DNA of 64,000 nucleotides, from NCBI GenBank assembly GCA_023131975.1, contig JAGLYV010000066.1:1-64000 (forward strand). The letters run 5' to 3'. A model generated the notes under the pieces. It saw only the letters and a program-made list of their open reading frames with translations. It was not told the origin of the DNA and did not search any database. Of the stretch, positions 47,642 through 55,019 are shown one piece after another. The first letter of the stretch is position 1, and each line of letters starts with the position of its first letter. The DNA is from Candidatus Krumholzibacteriia bacterium (GTDB lineage: Bacteria; Krumholzibacteriota; Krumholzibacteriia; Krumholzibacteriales; Krumholzibacteriaceae). The position numbers and the translations under genes are program-made.

Positions 47642-48873
47642 AACGGATCGATCCTCTGAGACTGACCTGGCTCATCGCCCGTACCGACCTTGCCCTGACC
47701 TTCAAGGACCGCAGTACCGTCGTATGGGCCTTCATCATGCCCTTTGTCTTTATCTTTGTTTTCGGGCAGTTCGGAAACAGTTCGGGGCCATCGGGAGCAA
47801 GTGCTACGATAACGGTCGAAAATAATGACAGGGGACCACTCGGTGACGACCTGATCAATACACTGAGACGTGAGAATATCGCTCTGGTGGACAGCCTTGC
47901 CGCGGGAGCTGACGCGGTGAGAACTCTGGTCATTCCGGACGATTTTTCCGAAAAGGTCTTTTCCAGAGAAAGGACCGCCGTCTATCTCCGCAAGAACGAG
48001 GGTTCGAACGCCCAGGCAGGGGAGACGGCTGCCATCGCCATAGCCAGGGGGCTGATCAAGGTCGTATCGGCACTTCTGGAGATCGAGAACGGGATGATCG
48101 GGGCGGGCAGCCCATACCTTTCGGTATCGGGCGACTCTCTCAACGGAAACCTGCAGATGGTGATCGATAACATGCCTGCGGGAGGCGTGATGCTGGAATC
48201 CCGGATCGATTCTCTGATGGCGAGGGATCCCGGCGTATTGATCGATAGTGAGCTGGCCGGACGAGGGGTGGAACCGCCGGGAGGTTTCCAGGGATCGGTC
48301 CCGGGCAACCTGGTGATGTTCGTACTCATGATGATGGCTTTCGGAGGGGTCACGTTAGTGATCGAGAGAAAGAGCAGGGTGTTGATGCGGATAGGTGTCT
48401 CTCCGGCAGGCCGCCGTGAAATAGTCGCGGGAAAACTGCTTGGCAGGATGATGCTCGGATCCCTTCAGATCCTCGTCCTTCTGGTCGCCGGAAGGTACAT
48501 CTTTGGAATAAACCTTGGTAACGCCATCCCCGCGCTGGTCGTTCTTATGCTTTCCTTCGCGTTCTGTGCCGGTGGATTCTCTATTCTCTTCGGGTCGCTG
48601 TTCAGTAATCCCGATCAGGTATCGGGATTCGCTGTCATAACGACGCTCGCGATGTCGGCTCTCGGGGGATGCTGGTGGCCGCTGGAAATCGTGTCGGAAC
48701 CGTTCCGGATCGTGGCCTTCCTCCTTCCGACAGGTTGGGCGATGGATGGGATCCACAAGCTTATCTCATTCGGGTACGGGTTTTCATCGGTCGTTACCCA
48801 TATAGTGGTCCTGTTGCTCTTCGGCCTCGTATTCATGGCGATAGCCGCGAAAAGACTTAAGTTGCATGACTAA
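47638..48873 (+). CDS. ABC-2-type transporter permease (second subunit).
   Basis: Same architecture as 46373-47641. Start overlaps the upstream stop (ATGA). Confidence 0.7.
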   Translation: MKRIDPLRLTWLIARTDLALTFKDRSTVVWAFIMPFVFIFVFGQFGNSSGPSGASATITVENNDRGPLGDDLINTLRRENIALVDSLAAGADAVRTLVIPDDFSEKVFSRERTAVYLRKNEGSNAQAGETAAIAIARGLIKVVSALLEIENGMIGAGSPYLSVSGDSLNGNLQMVIDNMPAGGVMLESRIDSLMARDPGVLIDSELAGRGVEPPGGFQGSVPGNLVMFVLMMMAFGGVTLVIERKSRVLMRIGVSPAGRREIVAGKLLGRMMLGSLQILVLLVAGRYIFGINLGNAIPALVVLMLSFAFCAGGFSILFGSLFSNPDQVSGFAVITTLAMSALGGCWWPLEIVSEPFRIVAFLLPTGWAMDGIHKLISFGYGFSSVVTHIVVLLLFGLVFMAIAAKRLKLHD

Positions 48874-48902
48874 ACCCGAGCCTTCGGTACAGGTGTCAGA
48901 GA

Positions 48903-50681
48903 TCAATCCATGCTGTAATGGATAATGGCTCCGTTCGATCCAACGGCATTTATATCAAAGGGCCCGTTTCCCCAGACCGATCTGAGTGTCCCCCCGACGG
49001 GGCTGCTCTGGGGATTCCAGTCCGTACCGTCGAAATGCAGGATGATCCCTTCCTGTCCGACCGCGAAGACGTCGCCAGGGCCGCTTCCCCAGACTCCGTA
49101 AAGCTGTCGGGTCGTGCCACTGTCCATCTTCACCCATTCGACTCCATCGTAATGCAATATGGCCCCCTGGTATCCGACAGCGTAAATATCGTTCCATGCG
49201 GTTCCCCAGATGCCCACGAGGAGGAATGCCGATGGTGCCGCGACCTCATCCCATTCGGTCCCGTTATAATGGATGATGGTCCCCAGGCCCCCGACCGCCC
49301 ATACGTCATCCGGAGCAGCTGCCCACACACCGTGAAGAGACAGTGTCGTGTTGCTTACCATCTCCTCCCAGTCGACTCCGTCATAACGCATGATCCGGCC
49401 TTCCCATCCGACGGCGAAGATCACGTCGCCGCCCGCTCCGGAAAAGGCGTTCAGGTCGATATCGTACGGTATCGTCTCCCTCTGCCACTCCGAACCGGTG
49501 TACTTGAAAAGAGTGCCGTATTCTCCGGATAAAAACACGTTGTTTTCCGCCGTCCCATGGACCGAGTTGAGGTGAAGGCTGGTCGGCCCCGGCCATGTGT
49601 CCCACCCGAACCCGTTGAAATGAATTATGGCTCCGTTTCTGCCGACTGCCCAGGCATCGGTTTCTGAACTGCTCCAGACTCCCGTCAGGTGTTGTGACCT
49701 CGCGTCCGGGATCCCGGTCCAGCTGCTGCCGTTATATTCGATTATCACTCCAAGATACCCGGCCGCGTAGCAGAGGCTGGTGTTGATGGCCGTGATCCCG
49801 TGGAGCCTGTACTCGGTCGCCTGGTTCATCAGGGACCAGGAATCGCCGTCGTAGAAAAGAGTCCTGCCGTGGTCGCAGGACGCGAATACCATATCACTCG
49901 AAAGTCCGCTGATCCCGGTAATATCCTCTGTGAAGAACATTCCCTCATCGATCGAAACGATCATGGGCGACCAGAACGTCCCGTCGTAATGGAGGATGTT
50001 TCCGCTGAGTCCGCCCATGAAGATGTCATCTGCTGAACTTCCCCATATCGTGCGGAACCCCGTGACATTTATCCATTCGATCTCCGTCCAGGACGAGCCG
50101 TCGTAATGGAGGGTCGCGCCGTAGTCTCCGGCGGCGTAGATGTTCGATGACGACGAACCCCAGATCGCGTAGAGATCGTCGGTGACAGATGTGACCACCG
50201 GACTCCAGTCTGTTCCATCATAATGGATCATTGTACCGTAGTAGCCAACGGCATAGACATCGCTGCCGGAGGACCCCCATACGCCGTTCAGGTCCGTCTG
50301 CACCCCCGAATCCATCATGGTCCAGGCGGTCCCGTCATAATGCAGGATCACGCCTGATTCGCACGCCGCGAAGATGTCAGAGCCGGAAAGACCCCAGATC
50401 GAATTGACCTGAAGCTCCGTGCCGGAATCCATGGTGTTCCATGAGGACCCATCGAAATGGATGATGGTGCCATCAGATCCTCCCACGAAAACATCGTTTT
50501 CGGAAGCATGCCATATTGTTCTCAGATTCCTCGAGCTGGAAACCAGGTGCCATGACCCCGTCTGTTCCCCGGGTTGCTCCGGCGCGACCGACGAGTCGCT
50601 TCCGCACGATGTGATGATGAAGGAAAAGGTCATGACTGCCATCAGGGGCAGGATGGATGTCAGATGTCTGCGTTTGAACAT
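48903..50681 (-). CDS. Lipoprotein composed of about 14 tandem ~40-aa repeats (consensus ...G.I(L/I)HYDG..W......(S/T)..L.G(V/I)WGSS..D(V/I)(F/Y)AVG..G...), predicted beta-propeller.
   Basis: Signal peptide plus lipobox (IITSCGS). Repeats visible by eye: TIIHFDGSSW...IWGLSGSDIFAAC, VILHYDGTAW...VWGSSGSDVYAVG, TMIHYDGTDW...IWGSSSSNIYAAG, ATLHYDGSSW, NILHYDGTFW, AILHYDGVEW, IILHFDGTDW and others. Confidence 0.65.
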   Translation of the reverse strand: MFKRRHLTSILPLMAVMTFSFIITSCGSDSSVAPEQPGEQTGSWHLVSSSRNLRTIWHASENDVFVGGSDGTIIHFDGSSWNTMDSGTELQVNSIWGLSGSDIFAACESGVILHYDGTAWTMMDSGVQTDLNGVWGSSGSDVYAVGYYGTMIHYDGTDWSPVVTSVTDDLYAIWGSSSSNIYAAGDYGATLHYDGSSWTEIEWINVTGFRTIWGSSADDIFMGGLSGNILHYDGTFWSPMIVSIDEGMFFTEDITGISGLSSDMVFASCDHGRTLFYDGDSWSLMNQATEYRLHGITAINTSLCYAAGYLGVIIEYNGSSWTGIPDARSQHLTGVWSSSETDAWAVGRNGAIIHFNGFGWDTWPGPTSLHLNSVHGTAENNVFLSGEYGTLFKYTGSEWQRETIPYDIDLNAFSGAGGDVIFAVGWEGRIMRYDGVDWEEMVSNTTLSLHGVWAAAPDDVWAVGGLGTIIHYNGTEWDEVAAPSAFLLVGIWGTAWNDIYAVGYQGAILHYDGVEWVKMDSGTTRQLYGVWGSGPGDVFAVGQEGIILHFDGTDWNPQSSPVGGTLRSVWGNGPFDINAVGSNGAIIHYSMD

Positions 50682-50776
50682 GCTTTGTCCTTTGAAAGAA
50701 CCGTAGTGCGCCTGTTTCTTTAATCTATAACAATTTTTGTCGGGAAGAAAATGTTTTGACGGTGAGGAAGCCGTGT

Positions 50777-51712
50777 TCAGCGGCTGGCGCGGTTACTGGC
50801 GATATACCAGGTCATGCCTTCTTTCGATTCTGTGATGACTTTTTCCGAGGCGATCATCGAATCCATAAGCTTTATGGTCTGCGGGACACTCAGCCCCAGC
50901 GCGGCGCTGATGTCAGCGGCTGTGCAGGGGCGACGCTCTATCATCGACAGGATATTCTCCGAGGCTGCTCCGTCCTCATATTTCGTCTTGCTCGACACGT
51001 CTGCCACGATCTCACATCTGTCGCCGAACATCGCGCGGATCTCCTCCAGGCGTTCGCGTGAAAGGGCACGTGTGTCACCGGTCGTGCCGGGCCTGACTGC
51101 CGTGTTGAGCTGTATCGATGCGATATCAAGGCCGGATACTATGGTCTTCAGCCCCTCCAGGTTTTCCGTGTCAGTGTTATATCCATCCACGAGGAGGATC
51201 TCGAGGCGCACTTCTCCCCGGTATCCTTCGATAAATCTGGTCAGTCCACCGATGACGTTTTTCAGCCTGATCGAGGGGTGAGGCCTGTTTATCTTTTCGA
51301 AACAGGTCTGTATGGCCGCGTCCAGAGAGGGGACCACGATATCTGCCAGTGACAGTTCGTCGCGGACGTCTTCCATCGAGATCAGGGAGCTGTTCGTGAT
51401 GACCGCGACAGGGATTCCCGAGAGGTCCTTCATGCCGCTGATCAGTTCTCCCATCCCGCTGTAGAGAGTCGGCTCGCCGGCTCCCGAAAGGGTGAGTATG
51501 TCCGGGCTTTCCTTTATCTGACCAAGTCGGGTCTTGAGCTCTTCGAGGATGTCGCCGACAGGATAGAAGTTTTTTCTTTCGACCGAGAGATCTGTAGTTC
51601 CTCCGCACTCACAATAAACACAATCGAAGGAGCATGTCTTGTAAGGTATGACGTCCACACCGAGAGACCTGCCCAGTCTCCTCGATGCTACCGGCCCGAA
51701 TATTCTGCCCAT
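50777..51712 (-). CDS. Radical SAM protein with a C-terminal winged-helix-like domain.
   Basis: CSFDCVYCE (Cx3Cx2C) preceded by the conserved GPVASRRLGRSLGVD motif. Glycine-rich SAM motif LTLSGAGEPTL. C-terminal 60 aa helix-turn-helix-like (CTAADISAALGLSVPQTIKLMDSM). Confidence 0.7.
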   Translation of the reverse strand: MGRIFGPVASRRLGRSLGVDVIPYKTCSFDCVYCECGGTTDLSVERKNFYPVGDILEELKTRLGQIKESPDILTLSGAGEPTLYSGMGELISGMKDLSGIPVAVITNSSLISMEDVRDELSLADIVVPSLDAAIQTCFEKINRPHPSIRLKNVIGGLTRFIEGYRGEVRLEILLVDGYNTDTENLEGLKTIVSGLDIASIQLNTAVRPGTTGDTRALSRERLEEIRAMFGDRCEIVADVSSKTKYEDGAASENILSMIERRPCTAADISAALGLSVPQTIKLMDSMIASEKVITESKEGMTWYIASNRASR

Positions 51713-51849
51713 CTCGTACCTTCCGTTTATGGTCTTCTGTCAATGAATCTAATCGAATCATTGCGCCCCTTCCAGAAAAAGTTGTGTGTGTGAGGGTGCA
51801 GGGATGATTTTTTCCGGATATCCTTGAAGATTCTCCGCGAAAGTAACAT

Positions 51850-51869
51850 TATCATCCGGGAGGATGATA
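51850..51869 (+). promoter_or_regulatory. Perfect 8-bp hairpin whose loop is GGGA, lying in the leader of the CoA-transferase gene. It overlaps a 12-codon uORF (51864-51902) that ends 3 nt before the main start at 51905.
   Basis: TATCATCC-GGGA-GGATGATA palindrome at 51850-51869. The uORF reads ATG ATA GTC GGT GAC TTT CAT TTG GGA TCC GGG GGT TGA. Confidence 0.25.
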
Positions 51870-51904
51870 GTCGGTGACTTTCATTTGGGATCCGGGGGTT
51901 GATC

Positions 51905-53767
51905 ATGGAAGAAAGCGCTCTGTATAAGAGCAAAAAGAGGGATATCGATGATATAGTCAGGCTCATCAAGCCTGGCAGCAGAATATTTATCGGATCGGGT
52001 GCGGCCGAGCCCCAGGCCCTGATCAAGATGCTTATTGAGAAGGGCAGGCAGATCGCGGATCACGAGACGATCAACGTGATCGAACTGGGCACTTCTCCAT
52101 ACGCGGAAGCGGTGATGAGCAGGCCTTTCAAGCAGAACGCTTTTTTCATCGGGGCGAATGTAAGGGACGCCGTCAACGAGGGGAGGGCGGAATACACGCC
52201 CATCTTTCTCTCCGAGCTTCCCGACCATATCCGTTCCGGATCGCTCAAGATCGATGTGGCGTTCATACAGGTAGCGCCTCCGGACAGGTATGGCTACTGT
52301 TCTCTTGGAGTATCGGTCGATGTCGTAATGGCAGGAGCGGAAGTGGCTTCTCTGGTCATCGCCGAGATCAACAAGCAGATGCCGAGGACTCTCGGCGACA
52401 GCTTTATTCACATCAAGGATATAGACTATGTGATCGAGAGCGACCTGCCTCTTTTGATGCTCGACCCTCCGGAATCTGACAAAGTCGCGAACAAAATAGG
52501 ACAGAATGTGGCCCGGCTGATCCATGACGGGGCCACCCTGCAGACTGGTATCGGGATGATTCCGAACGCGATCCTGTCCTTTCTCAAGGAAAAGAACGAT
52601 CTCGGGATACACACCGAGATGTTTTCGGACGGGATCATCGACCTGGTCGAGTCGGGAGTGATCACGAACAGGAAGAAGACGATCCACAACGGCAAGATCA
52701 TAGCGACCTTCTGCATGGGTACACAACGCCTGTACGATTTCGTCAACGACAACCCGCTTATCGAATTTCATCCCTGCGATTATACTAACGATCCGTTCGT
52801 TATCGCGCAGAACGAAAAAATGATATCGGTGAACGCGGCCATACAGGTCGATCTCACAGGGCAGGTCTGCGCCGACTCGATAGGCGAGTACTTCTACTCC
52901 GGTATCGGAGGACAGGTCGATTTTGTGAGGGGCGCGGCAAGGTCGAAGGGGGGCAAACCGGTCATCGTGCTTCCGTCGACGGCTCTTGGAGGCGATCGAT
53001 CGAGGATCGTGCCTTATCTCGACCAGGGAGCCGGTGTCGTGACGTCGAGAGGGGACGTCCACTATGTTGCCACAGAATTCGGCATTGTCAACCTTCATGG
53101 CAGGAACCTGAGGGAACGTGCGCTTGCCCTTATCAGTATCGCCCACCCCGATTTTCGCGACGACCTTGTCGATTACGCCAAGAAGCGCCACCTTGTGCAT
53201 CTCGATCAGATGCCTCTTGTCATCCAGGGTAAATATTATCCGGAACAATACGAAGAAGCGGTGGAGTTCGATGGCACACAGATATTTTTCCGGCCGGTCA
53301 AACCGACCGACGAATCGATGCAGAGGGAGTTCTTCTATTCGCTGAGTGACGAATCGGTCTACTATCGGTTCTTCAACAAGATCAAGGCGATGCCGCATGA
53401 GAAGATACAGCCGATGGTAAACATCGACTACCGCGAGGAGATGGCTATCGTAGGGCTTGTCGGTGAAGCGGGAGATGAGGAGATGGTCGCCATCGGGATG
53501 TTCAAGATCGATCCATCTGTCAACGACGCGGAGGTGGCTTTCCTTGTCCGTGACGACTGGCAGAAGAAAGGGATCGGAACCTTCCTGATAAAAAAACTCA
53601 TTGATATCGCTTTGGAAATGGGACTGAAAGGCTTTACTGCCGAAGTCCTTTTACAGAACAAGAAGATGATGTACGTATTCCATAAATGCGGGTTTCCGGT
53701 CAGGACAAAGCTCGAAGACGGAATTTATGTCCTCAGGATAGATTTCAGGGAGGATTCTTCCCTTTGA
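51905..53767 (+). CDS. Acetyl-CoA hydrolase/transferase-family CoA-transferase (Cat/ASCT-like) fused to a C-terminal GNAT acetyltransferase domain.
   Basis: N-terminal about 440 aa with a CoA-transferase family signature (IFIGSGAAEPQALI..., catalytic region GIGGQVDFVRGA with Glu context). C-terminal about 160 aa GNAT (FFRPVKPTDE...VGEAGDEEMVAIGMF..., Q/RxxGxG/A-like KKGIGTFLIKKLIDIA). ATG at 51905 with GGGGG SD; the track lists a TTG at 51899. Confidence 0.75.
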   Translation: MEESALYKSKKRDIDDIVRLIKPGSRIFIGSGAAEPQALIKMLIEKGRQIADHETINVIELGTSPYAEAVMSRPFKQNAFFIGANVRDAVNEGRAEYTPIFLSELPDHIRSGSLKIDVAFIQVAPPDRYGYCSLGVSVDVVMAGAEVASLVIAEINKQMPRTLGDSFIHIKDIDYVIESDLPLLMLDPPESDKVANKIGQNVARLIHDGATLQTGIGMIPNAILSFLKEKNDLGIHTEMFSDGIIDLVESGVITNRKKTIHNGKIIATFCMGTQRLYDFVNDNPLIEFHPCDYTNDPFVIAQNEKMISVNAAIQVDLTGQVCADSIGEYFYSGIGGQVDFVRGAARSKGGKPVIVLPSTALGGDRSRIVPYLDQGAGVVTSRGDVHYVATEFGIVNLHGRNLRERALALISIAHPDFRDDLVDYAKKRHLVHLDQMPLVIQGKYYPEQYEEAVEFDGTQIFFRPVKPTDESMQREFFYSLSDESVYYRFFNKIKAMPHEKIQPMVNIDYREEMAIVGLVGEAGDEEMVAIGMFKIDPSVNDAEVAFLVRDDWQKKGIGTFLIKKLIDIALEMGLKGFTAEVLLQNKKMMYVFHKCGFPVRTKLEDGIYVLRIDFREDSSL

Positions 53768-53806
53768 TAATGGACGGTAGCCGGGATACTGAAAGCTGGA
53801 AAGTAA

Positions 53807-54997
53807 TTGAAAGATGATAAAGATATGAAAAGCATCTCCCCGGCAAGGGACGGTGCCGTGTTCATCAATTCCGATCGATTGGGAGGCTATTCCTTTTCAC
53901 CGGAACATCCTTTCAGGCCCGAGAGAGTGAAGATGGTCCATGAGATGTGTGAAAGGCGGGGGCTGTTTTCGGGCAATAGTGTCAGAGTGGAACAGGTGGA
54001 GGAGATCGAGGATGGCCTGCTGGAAAGATTTCACACGAAAGAGTATATCGATCTGCTCCGCGACGCGGGGAGTGGTGGCGACATTGGTGTCGAGATGCTC
54101 TATCACGGTCTCGGGACGATGGAGAATCCGATATTCAGGGATGTCTATGATTTTGCGGCCCTGTCAGTGACAGCCAGTGTGAGAGGCGCAAGGATCGTGG
54201 CGGAGGAGGGCAGGTGCGCGTTCAATCCGTGCGGTGGATTTCATCATGCCCATCGAGACAGGGCCTCCGGTTTTTGCTATGTAAATGATATTGTGATCGC
54301 CATAGATGAATTGCTCCGCCTCGGCGCCAGAGTCGCTTATCTCGATGTTGATGCTCATCACGGAGACGGGGTCCAGGAAGCTTTTTACGACGACCCCGGA
54401 GTGATGATAGTTTCGCTCCACGAATCGGGCAAGACCCTCTTCCCCTGGGGAGGGTTCGAAAAGGAGTCGGGTGGCCAGGGGGCGGAGGGGTTTAATATAA
54501 ATATCCCCATGCTTTCCGATACGGACGATGAGACATTTCTTTTTCTATTCCGTTCGATCGTCCTGCCGGCATTGAATCTGTTCAGCCCCGATATCGTCGT
54601 TCTCCAGGCTGGTACGGACACATTCGCCACCGACCCGCTCACTCATCTCAAAATGACAAACAACGGCTATATAGAAGCGATCGGATCTCTTCACGCCGCA
54701 TTTCCCCGAATACTCGCGCTGGGTGGGGGAGGCTACAATATGGCCGATGTCGTCAGGGGATGGACATTGCTCTGGGCCGAACTTGCCGGGGTCGAGCTCG
54801 ATAGCGGTTATGGTGGAGCTCTGGGAGGGGTCCTGCTGGGAGACGCTTCTATCGATGGATCCGACCTGAGAGATATGCAGCTGTATACTACCGGGCCCGC
54901 GAAAGAAGCATTGAGGAAACACTCGGAATCACTTGTCGCCAGATTCGAAAAGGAAATCAAGCCACTACTGAGAAAGTCCGGATCCGCCGGTCGCTGA
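53807..54997 (+). CDS. Histone deacetylase-family protein (AcuC/acetoin utilisation-type class I HDAC homolog).
   Basis: GFCYVNDIV, DVDAHHGDGVQEAF, catalytic His pair context (HHAH) and Tyr-containing GGGGYN motif. Confidence 0.8.
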   Translation: MKDDKDMKSISPARDGAVFINSDRLGGYSFSPEHPFRPERVKMVHEMCERRGLFSGNSVRVEQVEEIEDGLLERFHTKEYIDLLRDAGSGGDIGVEMLYHGLGTMENPIFRDVYDFAALSVTASVRGARIVAEEGRCAFNPCGGFHHAHRDRASGFCYVNDIVIAIDELLRLGARVAYLDVDAHHGDGVQEAFYDDPGVMIVSLHESGKTLFPWGGFEKESGGQGAEGFNINIPMLSDTDDETFLFLFRSIVLPALNLFSPDIVVLQAGTDTFATDPLTHLKMTNNGYIEAIGSLHAAFPRILALGGGGYNMADVVRGWTLLWAELAGVELDSGYGGALGGVLLGDASIDGSDLRDMQLYTTGPAKEALRKHSESLVARFEKEIKPLLRKSGSAGR

Positions 54998-55019
54998 AAG
55001 AAAAGGATTGTAACAACTT

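Noticed and set aside
51881-53398. 505-aa minus-strand ORF antisense to the CoA-transferase gene; similar long antisense ORFs at 55731-56909 and 58268-59317.
   Set aside because: Arg/His/Asp-rich with no motifs; the plus-strand genes have unambiguous family signatures.
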